A stretch of DNA of 64,000 nucleotides from Armatimonadota bacterium. GTDB taxonomy: Bacteria; Armatimonadota; UBA5829; DTLH01. Every line of letters starts with the position of its first letter. Within the stretch, counting starts at the first letter, position 1. The notes under the pieces were generated by a model. That model was not told where the DNA came from. It saw nothing but the letters and a program-made list of their open reading frames with translations, and did not search any database. The stretch spans positions 22,367-86,366 of the forward strand of contig JBDKSP010000089.1 of the NCBI GenBank assembly GCA_039680575.1, in the 5' to 3' direction. The translations under genes and the position numbers were made by a program. Positions 29,471 to 39,177 of this stretch are shown in pieces.

Positions 29471-31150
29471 ATGTCATCGACCAATACGCTTGGAAAATAT
29501 GAAATATTAAGGGAGATTGCCAGGAGCAACGACATCGTCTACGAGGCGATGGACCCGACACTGGGGCGGCACGTTGCGTTGAAAGAGTTGTACCTGCCCG
29601 GCAATCTCACGGGAGCGCAGAAACGCGAGCGGATCGAACGTTTCCTGCGCGAAGGCAAGGCTGCTGCTCGTCTGGAACATCCAAACATCGTTACTGTCTA
29701 TGATGTCGGACAGGAAGGCGACCGGTTTTACATCGCGATGGAACTCCTGGGGGGACAGACTCTTCGGGAAGTGATCCAGATGCGGGGCGCTCTTCCTGTC
29801 AAGGAAGCTGTCGATATCGCGCTTCAGCTCTGCAACGCGCTTGCCTGGGCACATCAGAACAATGTAGTCCACCGGGACGTCAAGCCGGAAAACGTCCAGA
29901 TACTCCCCGGCGGGCACGTTAAACTGACCGATTTCGGGATCGCGAGGATCATGTCCGAGCCGTCCATTACGGTCGATGGACAGGTCTTCGGCACTCCAAG
30001 CTATATGTCGCCGGAACAGGTGTCCGGAAAGCAGATAGACGGCAGGTCCGATATTTTCGCGCTTGGTGTCGTGCTCTACGAGATGCTCGCCGGACAAAAA
30101 CCATTTTCCGGGGATACGGTTGTCACCATCACCTACAATATTATGAACTCGGAACCGGCGGCACCACCCGGCATGCCGCCTTACCTTGTCGGCATTGTGC
30201 GAAAAGCGATGGCCAAAGACCCGAATATGCGGTTCCAGACGATAGAGGAGATGGCAAATGAGCTGAAAAACGAGCCGCCGTACGGCGGTGTCCCTTATGC
30301 GGACCCGTTCGGTACAGCCGCTCCGCATAACACGGTCCCGCCGTACGGCGGACAGATGCCGGGGGGTTACAGTGCGCCTCCGACAACCTATGCGCCTCCG
30401 CCTTATGCACCCGGTCCATCGGCTGCGCCTGACCCGTTTGCTCATGTACCTCCGACACAGGCAGCGCCTCTCCCGGCGCCTATACCCAGAAGGCCGATGC
30501 TGTCCGCTGAGACTCGCGCATTTCTCGGCGCGCTGACGCTTACTATCGGTATAGTCGGGATGCTGTTCTTCGCAGCCTGGGCGGTGATAGAAGCCTATAG
30601 CGCCTATAGCGAGCGTACTACGACCGACATCGTGACGAAGTACATAAACCAGGGTGACCGGCTGTTAAGAGACGGCAAAGCCGATGCGGCCATGACCCAA
30701 TACGCAAACGCTCGAAGAGTCGCGGGCTCCACCAAAGCCGGCGCAAAAGCGCGGAGAAGGCTCGCCGAAGTCTATGTCCGGCTCGCGGGAGATGCGCTCA
30801 AAAACGGAGCGTATACAGTGGTAAAAAACAATGCAGTATTGGCGGTGGATGCCGACACGACATACTCCGGCGGACACTACTACCTTGGGCTGGCCTACCA
30901 TTACATCCGGGATGAAGCTTATGACGCTGAACTCAGAAAAGCCATCGAAACGGGCGGCAACGATGATTTCGCTCAATCCGCCAGAAAGATGCTCTGCAGT
31001 TATTATATAGCTCAGGGTGATGCTCTTCGAAACGTGGGGAACAACGCGGGCGCTAAGGAATGGTACCAAAAGGTGCTCAACGACCAAATGCTCTATGACC
31101 CTGAGATCGAACAGCAGGTGCAGGACCGGTTGCTTTCGGTGAGCCAGTGA
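29471..31150 (+). CDS. Hanks-type Ser/Thr kinase with Pro-rich linker, TM helix and TPR-like C-terminus
   Basis: VALKE, HRDVKPEN, DFG, GTPSYMSPEQ; TPR-like helices after the TM. Confidence 0.95.
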   Translation: MSSTNTLGKYEILREIARSNDIVYEAMDPTLGRHVALKELYLPGNLTGAQKRERIERFLREGKAAARLEHPNIVTVYDVGQEGDRFYIAMELLGGQTLREVIQMRGALPVKEAVDIALQLCNALAWAHQNNVVHRDVKPENVQILPGGHVKLTDFGIARIMSEPSITVDGQVFGTPSYMSPEQVSGKQIDGRSDIFALGVVLYEMLAGQKPFSGDTVVTITYNIMNSEPAAPPGMPPYLVGIVRKAMAKDPNMRFQTIEEMANELKNEPPYGGVPYADPFGTAAPHNTVPPYGGQMPGGYSAPPTTYAPPPYAPGPSAAPDPFAHVPPTQAAPLPAPIPRRPMLSAETRAFLGALTLTIGIVGMLFFAAWAVIEAYSAYSERTTTDIVTKYINQGDRLLRDGKADAAMTQYANARRVAGSTKAGAKARRRLAEVYVRLAGDALKNGAYTVVKNNAVLAVDADTTYSGGHYYLGLAYHYIRDEAYDAELRKAIETGGNDDFAQSARKMLCSYYIAQGDALRNVGNNAGAKEWYQKVLNDQMLYDPEIEQQVQDRLLSVSQ

Positions 31151-31268
31151 GCTTGTTGCTGAAAGCTGATGGCTGATTGCTAACAGGTTTCGACATAAAG
31201 CGGTGCCGGGTAAGCAAAGTTAAAAGAAGCGGGTCCGGGCGCATATACCCCGGCAGGAGAGGACAATT

Positions 31269-31667
31269 GTGGAAATGCAAGGTGAAAACAAAACAAGCGG
31301 GCAGCTTGTCAGGCTGAGACAGATCGATTACGAGACTGAACCCGGGCAGCCCGACCTGCTGGGTTGGGAAGTAGCCGATTCGGACAACAACCTGATCGGA
31401 AAACTTGACGATATGCTGGTTGATACAGACACCGGAGAGATCCTGTTTGGTTCAGTGTGTTATAACGACAGATGCATAGTAGTGCCGCTTGAGCTGATGT
31501 TTATGGATGAAGCAAATAAACAGCTTGTCCTGCCCGTCAGTGTGGATGAACTGGTAGATGCCCCGGAATTCACAGAAGAAACAGAAGACATGCAGCCGCA
31601 TATAAGATTCTGGACGCAACTGGTCTCCGACTGGGAAGAAGAACCGGTCGAAGACGAGGAATCCTGA
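31269..31667 (+). CDS. PRC-barrel domain protein
   Basis: LLGWEVADSD..IGKLDDMLVD..GEI. Confidence 0.75.
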   Translation: MEMQGENKTSGQLVRLRQIDYETEPGQPDLLGWEVADSDNNLIGKLDDMLVDTDTGEILFGSVCYNDRCIVVPLELMFMDEANKQLVLPVSVDELVDAPEFTEETEDMQPHIRFWTQLVSDWEEEPVEDEES

Positions 31668-31698
31668 ACCCCGGATGGACGGTCCGGTTCAGTCCATT

Positions 31699-33963
31699 TT
31701 ATCTATGAGTGGGTGAAACCAGTGCATTAAAATACCCTTCCACTCTTACAGGCGAACCGGCTTCCGGCAGCCATAAGTAGATAGCCTCCGGCGATTCCAG
31801 ATGATAATTGATGCCGTCCGGTTCAGCCTGCCAGTTTATTATGATGACTCCGTTTCTGCCTGGCATGGGGACGCTGCCTTCGGCTTTTTCCAGATTACCT
31901 GGTGAGAACGTCAACTGGTAATGATACTGCCCAAGGTCGAATCGCGGCACAAGGCCGAGCAGGTATCTTGAGATCTGCCAGGTGGGGCAGGCTGACCACT
32001 GGTGGCAGCGGCTCCATCGAAGGTCGAAAACTTCCGGCCAGGTCGTGCTTCCGGTCTCCAGCATCCAGCCCCAGCATTTCCGATAGATATCCAGCGCAAA
32101 GTCCATCTCACTTCGCTCGATCAGAACAGGCATCGCGAAGTGGAAAAAGTAAGGTGTGATGATCTGTGTGTCTCTTACGCTGGGGCTGCTCAGGCGGGGG
32201 GTATCGGCTTTGTTCGGGAAGCAGCCGAGGATGTGTTTTTTGATGAATTCAAGGCACTCCCCCTCATCTTTACCGTCGAAATACCCGAGTTTCAACCCCA
32301 ACACCGCTCGATGGTAGCCAATTGACTCCCAGTCCTCCTGACCGGCAAACCAGCGAGCTATAGCGACACTAAGTTTCCGGTCCAGTGACGCATAATGCTG
32401 AGCGCGGTCATCGAAACCCAAAACTTCGCACCACTTTGTCATATCGCGAAGAGAAGCCAGGTAGTGCATATTGAGCGCGATGTCCACCGGACCTTGGTTT
32501 CTTACGTATCCCCAGTCGATGAACCCCCAGCCTACCTCGTCGATTACGCCGTCATCCGATGTATACTTTTGGAACGCTTCGATGTTTTTTTCGGCGGCTG
32601 TGAAGAGATCGACAAGTATGGAACGGTCTCCCGTCAGCTTCCAATAATGCACGCATGCGCTGACCCACTGAGCCGCATACGAGGCTACATATACGCCTCC
32701 GCCCGGACACAGCCCCGAAACAAGCCCATCTTTCCGCGCGCACTGGGCAAACTGGGTCAAAGCGCGTTTGAAAAGCCTGAGGTCGGAGTATCCTGCTGCG
32801 GCGACATCCAAGCCGACGGAGACCACATCCCCCGCCCACTGCCCGCGCTCCCTGGTCGGGTTATCGACGAGGGAATCCTCGGCGCAGGCTCTCAAAGTAT
32901 CGATCCCTACCGTCCAGATGCGGTTCAGTATAGGGTCACTGCTCCTGAAAGCCCCTTCCGGCGCTCCATAATAGCACCGCTCAAGGAACTCTTCCTTTAT
33001 AAACGGACCGGATTGGGCAGGTTTGCAGCCGTGTGGATAGATAATATGCACTTCGACGTAACGGCCGCCCTTTGGTGTAAGCGGAAAGAACTCCTGCACT
33101 CCGCCACGCGCTGTGTAATGGTCAAAATTGCACGAATCCCCTGCAGAGAGTGTAATCCACGGCGAAACCCGGCCATGCATCAGGTATTCGCTCCAGGCTA
33201 ACTCCACCTGCGTTCCGGCGGGCAGGTCCAGCGTAAAACGGGGACGGCAGAGCATAATCCGGCCAAGATCGTACCTGCGCCAGACTCCCTGAGCCTCATG
33301 TTCGCCGGACTGAAGGTCACGGAGGAAGAACCTGGCTGCGATGTTGTCCATCTCATAGCCATAGCCCTCAGCCAGAAACCCTTCCGCGGCTGGTCCGGGC
33401 ATACTGTGAACAGATGGAAGGACTGTGGCAGTCTCAAGCGGTTCGATATGTCCAAGATCGCGCTCGACAAGCTCCGGGGAAGGCCACCCGGAATCGTCAT
33501 AATCAGCCGACTGCCAGTTTTCGGGGACTTTGCGCGTATCGCACCACTCGATCCAACCAAGCTGCGGGTTTATCCGCTTGACCCGCGGCTCGTAGCCGTC
33601 AAGAAGAGCGCATTTCCATTCCACCTGGACTTCGCCCCCGTTTTGATGGATTTCGCAGTATAGAAACGGCGGAATATCCGCCAACATACGGGTTTCGACG
33701 CCTTCGTGGTGCACCTGAAACGCAATTATGTGCCTGCCTGCTGAAAGCTTGTGCCTGGTGGACTGGTACTGCGGATGATCTCTGAAAAATCTCGCTGGAC
33801 CATCGGTGATGTACTCGCCGTCCAGCCAACAGCCGTACCACGACGCGCCGAGCGTCCTCAGTTCGATCTCTGCGTCAGTGTTTAATTCGAACTGCCCCCT
33901 GAAAGCAACATATGAGTCCGCTTCACATGCTTTCGGGTTGGCTGGCCACATAAACTTGTTCAT
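31699..33963 (-). CDS. GH78-like alpha-L-rhamnosidase
   Basis: DNPTRERGQWAGD, FIDW, TTWPE, SRCHQWS. Confidence 0.85.
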   Translation of the reverse strand: MNKFMWPANPKACEADSYVAFRGQFELNTDAEIELRTLGASWYGCWLDGEYITDGPARFFRDHPQYQSTRHKLSAGRHIIAFQVHHEGVETRMLADIPPFLYCEIHQNGGEVQVEWKCALLDGYEPRVKRINPQLGWIEWCDTRKVPENWQSADYDDSGWPSPELVERDLGHIEPLETATVLPSVHSMPGPAAEGFLAEGYGYEMDNIAARFFLRDLQSGEHEAQGVWRRYDLGRIMLCRPRFTLDLPAGTQVELAWSEYLMHGRVSPWITLSAGDSCNFDHYTARGGVQEFFPLTPKGGRYVEVHIIYPHGCKPAQSGPFIKEEFLERCYYGAPEGAFRSSDPILNRIWTVGIDTLRACAEDSLVDNPTRERGQWAGDVVSVGLDVAAAGYSDLRLFKRALTQFAQCARKDGLVSGLCPGGGVYVASYAAQWVSACVHYWKLTGDRSILVDLFTAAEKNIEAFQKYTSDDGVIDEVGWGFIDWGYVRNQGPVDIALNMHYLASLRDMTKWCEVLGFDDRAQHYASLDRKLSVAIARWFAGQEDWESIGYHRAVLGLKLGYFDGKDEGECLEFIKKHILGCFPNKADTPRLSSPSVRDTQIITPYFFHFAMPVLIERSEMDFALDIYRKCWGWMLETGSTTWPEVFDLRWSRCHQWSACPTWQISRYLLGLVPRFDLGQYHYQLTFSPGNLEKAEGSVPMPGRNGVIIINWQAEPDGINYHLESPEAIYLWLPEAGSPVRVEGYFNALVSPTHR

Positions 33964-34081
33964 CGATTACCTCTGTCAGATATTACACTCCTCGCTACCC
34001 GTTATTTTAGCACATCGGTTGTTTCGGTGGGGCGTTTCCTCTACTATACCCTCCGTGTTATAATACGGCCTAAGGTGCTTT

Positions 34082-34906
34082 ATGGAAGTCGGCGCGTTCT
34101 CCATTACTCTTGTGCTTGCTCTGGCGGCTGGGCTTATAGGCGGTATGCTCGGACTGGGCGGTGGGATTATCCTCGTTCCGGGACTCACTCTCTTGCTCGG
34201 GTATGATGTCAAAGTGGCGGCGGCGGCAAGCCTTGTGACCGTGATAGCGACATCCACGGCGTCAGCGACGGTCTATGTGTCCCAGCGCCTTACGAACATC
34301 CGGCTTGGGATGCTGCTTGAGATCGCCACTACGCTTGGCGCGCTTGTCGGCGGGGTTATCGCGGTCTACATCAGTGGGAAGTATCTCTTTTTCATATTCG
34401 CTGCTGTACTTATATACGCAGGTACAAATATGCTGCGAGTTCAAAGGAGCCGGTCTGAGCCATCTTCAGATGAGCCGCTTTCTGCATTAGACAGCAGTTA
34501 CACCGACCCCATGAGCGGCAAAATTGTCGATTACCGTGTGAAGAATGTCCCGGCGGGAATGGCAGGCAGCCTCATCGCGGGAATTATGTCCGGGATGCTC
34601 GGGATCGGCGGAGGCATCATCAAGGTTCCGCTGATGAACCTGATCATGCGCATCCCCATGAGGGCTGCAATCGCCACCAGCAACTTTATGATCGGAGTCA
34701 CAGCCGCAGCCGGAGCGCTGGTCTTCTGGGTAAACGGCAAAGTCGATCCGGCTGTTGCCGCTCCATGCGTCATAGGAGTGCTGATCGGCGCCAGACTGGG
34801 CACCAGAGTCGGCAGCAGAGTTCCATCACGCGCGCTCAAGATCGGGTTCGCCATATTCGTGGTAATCACGGCGGCGCAGATGATACAGAAAGGCTTTTCG
34901 CTATGA
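34082..34906 (+). CDS. Sulfite exporter TauE/SafE (TSUP) family permease
   Basis: GLGGGIILVP, GIGGG..KVP, ATSNFMIGVTAA. Confidence 0.9.
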   Translation: MEVGAFSITLVLALAAGLIGGMLGLGGGIILVPGLTLLLGYDVKVAAAASLVTVIATSTASATVYVSQRLTNIRLGMLLEIATTLGALVGGVIAVYISGKYLFFIFAAVLIYAGTNMLRVQRSRSEPSSDEPLSALDSSYTDPMSGKIVDYRVKNVPAGMAGSLIAGIMSGMLGIGGGIIKVPLMNLIMRIPMRAAIATSNFMIGVTAAAGALVFWVNGKVDPAVAAPCVIGVLIGARLGTRVGSRVPSRALKIGFAIFVVITAAQMIQKGFSL

Positions 34907-35235
34907 GAGCAGACGTCAACAGATATGTGGAAGTCGTGCTGACCACCGGAGTTATCCTGAGTCTGGTCATTCTGGCATTCGGATCGATCCTGCTTATGGT
35001 AAAACCTGTGCCGGTGGGAGTCCCGGGGTCTGTTATGGACATCTTGAGAGGTGTCATACGGCTGAATCCGTCCGCGATAATCAATCTGGGGCTTCTGGTG
35101 CTGCTGTTAACACCTGTTGTGCGGGTCATCGCCGCAATGCTCGCCTTCTTTGCGGAAAAAGACAGGAAATTCGGACTCGTCTCGCTTACAGTGCTCGTTA
35201 TTCTGGCTGTCTCCGCCCTGGTGGGCAAACTTTAG
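34903..35235 (+). CDS. DUF1634 family membrane protein
   Basis: GLLVLLLTPVVRV; ATGA overlap with the TSUP gene, a typical pairing. Confidence 0.8.
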   Translation: MRADVNRYVEVVLTTGVILSLVILAFGSILLMVKPVPVGVPGSVMDILRGVIRLNPSAIINLGLLVLLLTPVVRVIAAMLAFFAEKDRKFGLVSLTVLVILAVSALVGKL

Positions 35236-35289
35236 CAGGAATTTATGCATTTGGAAGCTAAGAAAAGCACAAGGAAAGGATATTTTTGT

Positions 35290-35868
35290 ATGAAACTGAC
35301 TTCAATCAGCGCGGTCAAGACGCGCGTCAACACTAAGAGCATTCTCCTCGTATTCGGATTTGCGCTTCTTTCGGCTGTAGCTGCAAGAACGAAATTTTGC
35401 CTGCCGTATATACTCATCCCGATAACACTTCAGACGATGGTCGCAGCCCTCGCCGGAATGATACTCGGCAAGAAGCTGGGAGCGCTCAGCCAGGCTCAGT
35501 ATCTCGTAATGGGGCTTGCGGGAGCGCCTATATTTACGTATCCTCCGTTCGGCGGACCGGCGATGCTTTTATCTCCGACCTTCGGCTACATCCCCGGCTT
35601 CATACTCGGAGCTTATGTGGCAGGTCTGGCCTGGGAAAAACTTGGGCGAAGGGGCATGAAAAGTGCGATCATCTCCGCAACACTCGGCATAGCATCTATC
35701 TATACAATCGGAGTGCCGTGGTTTGCGGGCTATCTGTTGGTAACTACAGGCCAGCCTGCATCAGTATGCGTAACCCAGGCGTGGCTCACAGGGCTTGCGC
35801 CGTTCGTCGGAGTTGAGGTCTTCAAAGTCTGCACCGCTGCGGCTATTGCTTCGAAATCAAGGATATAG
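35290..35868 (+). CDS. bioY: Biotin transporter BioY
   Basis: IPITLQT, YL..GLAGAPIF, PTFGYI.GF. Confidence 0.9.
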   Translation: MKLTSISAVKTRVNTKSILLVFGFALLSAVAARTKFCLPYILIPITLQTMVAALAGMILGKKLGALSQAQYLVMGLAGAPIFTYPPFGGPAMLLSPTFGYIPGFILGAYVAGLAWEKLGRRGMKSAIISATLGIASIYTIGVPWFAGYLLVTTGQPASVCVTQAWLTGLAPFVGVEVFKVCTAAAIASKSRI

Positions 35869-35896
35869 GATTTCGGAAAAATAGTGGAAACTTGAT

Positions 35897-36012
35897 AGGC
35901 CGGGGGTTCAAAGCCCCGGCCTTTGTTTCACGGGCATCCATGCCCGCTACTACTCATGGGACATGGATGTCCAAAAGAAAAAAGACCTGGGCATGGATCC
36001 CCAGGTCCATCG
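35897..36012. repeat. Terminator-like hairpin plus three GGGCATGGA-type palindromes
   Basis: AGGCCGGGG-CCCCGGCCT then T-rich; GGGCATCCATGCCC; GGACATGGATGTCC; GACCTGGG-CCCAGGTC. Confidence 0.6.
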
Positions 36013-36038
36013 ATTCAACCGAATCAGCCAACGGCTAA

Positions 36039-36824
36039 TTATTTCATCTCTTGTCCGCCGGTGACGTTTATCGCCTGGCCGGTCATATAATTCGCTTCTT
36101 CTGATGCCAGAAATACGACCACGTTGGCAATGTCATCATATGTGCATCCACGTCCAAGCGGTACCTGGTCGAGATATTTCTGCCGCACCTTTTCGACAGT
36201 CGTATTGAAGCGCTTTGCATACTGCTCATAGAGGCTGTCGACCCATAGCGGCGAGTCAAGCAGGTTGCCGGGGCAAACAGAGTTGACTCTCACTCCATAC
36301 GGTGCAAGTTCCATCGCCAGACTCTGGGTAAGCCCGATCCCTCCGAACTTGCTTGCGGCGTATGCGGAGTTCCTGAAGCTGCCTTTCTTGCCGGACTTGG
36401 AGTTGATCTGGACGATAGCGCCGCTCTTCTGCTCGACCATGATCTTCGCGGCCTCGCGCGAACAGATAAAGTAACCGACCAGGTTGACGTCTATAACTTT
36501 CCGCCACTTGGCTACATCGAACTCGGTCACTTCACCGGATATGAGTATCCCCGCATTGGATACAAGTATATCCAGCCGCCCGAAGGTGTCAATAATACTC
36601 TTGAATCCTGCAGCAGCGCTGCCTTCATCAGTGACATCCATCTTGATACCGAGCGATTTGATACCGTATTCTTTTGCCAGTCTCTCTGCTTCGGCTACCG
36701 CCCCGCTTTCGTTTATATCGCAGACAATAACATGAGCGCCTTCCTTAGCAAGACGCTCCGATAATGCCTGTCCAAGACCCTGTGCGCCGCCCGTCACCAG
36801 GGCGACCTTATCCGCTAATCGCAT
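36039..36824 (-). CDS. srlD: SDR oxidoreductase, sorbitol-6-phosphate 2-dehydrogenase-like
   Basis: TGGAQGLG, QINSKSGK.GS..NSAYAASKFGG, GNLLDSP, TGQAINVTGGQ. Confidence 0.75.
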   Translation of the reverse strand: MRLADKVALVTGGAQGLGQALSERLAKEGAHVIVCDINESGAVAEAERLAKEYGIKSLGIKMDVTDEGSAAAGFKSIIDTFGRLDILVSNAGILISGEVTEFDVAKWRKVIDVNLVGYFICSREAAKIMVEQKSGAIVQINSKSGKKGSFRNSAYAASKFGGIGLTQSLAMELAPYGVRVNSVCPGNLLDSPLWVDSLYEQYAKRFNTTVEKVRQKYLDQVPLGRGCTYDDIANVVVFLASEEANYMTGQAINVTGGQEMK

Positions 36825-36847
36825 AATACCTCCATTTTTGGTTCCTG

Positions 36848-37309
36848 TTACTCCCTACCTGCCTCGGCTCTCCGGCGCTCGCGATCGATGTCACGTTCTG
36901 CGATGGACTGCCGTTTGTCATAGAGCTTCTTTCCCCGCCCTATGCCTATCTGCATCTTGGCAAAACCCCGGTCGAAGTAAATCTTCAGAGGAATGATCGT
37001 AAGCCCCTTCTGCTCCGACTTTGCCTTAAGCTGACGAATTTCGTCCTTCCTGAGCAGAAGTTTTCTCTTACGCTTCGAATCCACAGTCCAGCGGTTGGCG
37101 AACTCGTAGGGCGCGATGTACATATTGTGCACCCAGGTTTCACCGTTTTCGATGCGGCAGAAGCTGTCCTGCAGGTTGACCTTACCGGAGCGGATCGATT
37201 TGACCTCGGTACCGACAAGTGCAATCCCGGCTTCGTAGGTTTCTTCTATCGTATATTCATGCCAAGCCTTACGGTTGGCTATACTGACGTTTTTATGTGT
37301 CTTCTCCAT
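36848..37309 (-). CDS. smpB: SsrA-binding protein
   Basis: NRKA, EAGIAL.GTEVKSIR, RKLLL, GKKLYDKR. Confidence 0.97.
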   Translation of the reverse strand: MEKTHKNVSIANRKAWHEYTIEETYEAGIALVGTEVKSIRSGKVNLQDSFCRIENGETWVHNMYIAPYEFANRWTVDSKRKRKLLLRKDEIRQLKAKSEQKGLTIIPLKIYFDRGFAKMQIGIGRGKKLYDKRQSIAERDIDRERRRAEAGRE

Positions 37310-37431
37310 AACAACGATATTATAGCAGCTTTCAGCCTATGGCTGCCTTATTCTTTTGTTTTTGCCAAACCATCTTTGATGATTCACCGATGCATATGGT
37401 AAAATATAGTGTAATTGCTCAGTTGTTGTAG

Positions 37432-37911
37432 GTGGTCAAACCGGTGAACTGCACTCAAGAAACAAAAACAAACAAGGAATCTACAATAACGTTTTCTTCT
37501 GTTTTCGTTGAACAGACGGACTCCATTATAACGCAGATAATCAGATTCGGTATGGTAGGCGCAGTGTCAACAACTGCCGACGCCTCGCTTCTATTTACAC
37601 TCACGCATTACTTGGGATTATCTTACTTGATTTCTGCAGCTTTCGGTTTTACCTTGGGCATCATCATCTGCTACGTCATAAGTATCAACTGGGTTTTTGC
37701 TTCGCGTTCACTAGACAGCCGCCATATTGAGTTCCTGGCATTCTTCGTGATAGGTATAATCGGGTTTGCTTTGACGGAACTCATACTGTATACGAGCGTG
37801 GAGGCACTGCATTTACACTATATGGCAGGAAAGGCTATCGCCGTTGTTCTTGTTTTTGCCTGGAACTATGGTGCACGGCGCGTATTACTGTTCAATAAAA
37901 GCGCAAATTGA
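37432..37911 (+). CDS. GtrA family membrane protein
   Basis: IRFGMVG...YVISINWVF...WNY; four TM helices; start uncertain. Confidence 0.85.
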   Translation: MVKPVNCTQETKTNKESTITFSSVFVEQTDSIITQIIRFGMVGAVSTTADASLLFTLTHYLGLSYLISAAFGFTLGIIICYVISINWVFASRSLDSRHIEFLAFFVIGIIGFALTELILYTSVEALHLHYMAGKAIAVVLVFAWNYGARRVLLFNKSAN

Positions 37912-37992
37912 GTATTACCTTCCGCGTTTCCCCTTATTCCGCGTCTCCGCGGTTCAAAAGCTGACTGCTGAAAGCTGATAGCTACTCGTTCT

Positions 37993-39144
37993 CTACAGCG
38001 GATTTACCGGCTTACCATTGACGCGCTTTTCGAAGTGGCAGTGCGGTCCGGTGCTCCATCCGGTGCTTCCGGAGCGGGCGATTACGGTCCCACGCTTTAC
38101 ATGCTGGCCTGTACGGACAAGAAGTCTCGAATTATGGCCGTAAAGAGTCGATACGCCGCCGCCATGATCGATGACGACTGCATAGCCATATGCACCCATC
38201 CATCCGGCCATGATAACTTCTCCATCAGCGGCTGCCTTGACCGAAGTACCCGAAGGACAGGCGATATCTACACCGGTATGCAGCGATCTGTTTCCGGTCA
38301 CGGGGTGGATACGGTATCCGAACCTGGATGTGAACCGCCCGTTGACAGGCAGCATCAACCCGCCGACAAATTTCCCGCTATAGTGCCCGGTGCTTCGCCT
38401 GGATGCCTGGTAACGTTGAATGGAAGCAGCGATCTCTTCGGACTTCGCCATCAATTCAGCCAGCGCACGCTCGTAAAGCTCGCGGTCCTGTTCGATTGCG
38501 TTAAGCTGAGCGGATTCATCCTCGGCCAGACTAGAAACGCTGTCCCTCTGCTGAATCAACTGAGACTGGAGGCTTGCTATCAGCCTGACCTCTTTAGCCT
38601 GAGCCATTTTGTCTTTTTCAATCTGAGCTTTATCTCTCTTATACTGATTGATCAGATCGACATCGCTCGATACTATCTGTTCAATATAGTATCGCCTCGA
38701 CAGAAAAGTCTTCATGTCACGGGAGCCCAGCATAACTTCGAGGTAACTGACGTCCTCACCCTCATAAACATCCGATATCCGGCCGGCAAGGAGCTTTCCA
38801 CGGCGGTTAAGCTGGCGTTCAGTCCTTGCGAGGCGGGCGTTGATTACTTTCAGCTTGCTCTGTGCATTGTTCAAGCTCATCTTGTTTTTGATGACCTTCG
38901 ATTGAGCTGTCTCTAGATTGCGCTGAGTGGATATGAGCTGATCAGTAACATTTCTCTGCTGAATTTTGGTTTGCTTGAGGCGTGCCCGCATGTCTTTGAT
39001 TCGCGTGTTGACATTATGCAGGTCTCTTTTGAGTGCCTTGGTGGATCGTCGGGCAGGTTTCGCTTCGATGACGAGCGGCGACGAAGCGCATACAAAAAAC
39101 ACAGCTATAATGAATAACAAAATTATTCTGAATAAAGACCGCAA
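37993..39144 (-). CDS. EnvC-like coiled-coil M23 peptidase
   Basis: Signal peptide, long coiled coil, HTGVD, HCH; downstream of ftsEX. Confidence 0.9.
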   Translation of the reverse strand: MRSLFRIILLFIIAVFFVCASSPLVIEAKPARRSTKALKRDLHNVNTRIKDMRARLKQTKIQQRNVTDQLISTQRNLETAQSKVIKNKMSLNNAQSKLKVINARLARTERQLNRRGKLLAGRISDVYEGEDVSYLEVMLGSRDMKTFLSRRYYIEQIVSSDVDLINQYKRDKAQIEKDKMAQAKEVRLIASLQSQLIQQRDSVSSLAEDESAQLNAIEQDRELYERALAELMAKSEEIAASIQRYQASRRSTGHYSGKFVGGLMLPVNGRFTSRFGYRIHPVTGNRSLHTGVDIACPSGTSVKAAADGEVIMAGWMGAYGYAVVIDHGGGVSTLYGHNSRLLVRTGQHVKRGTVIARSGSTGWSTGPHCHFEKRVNGKPVNPL

Positions 39145-39177
39145 GCTTTCACACCACCCGAAGAATTGATGAAGCCG

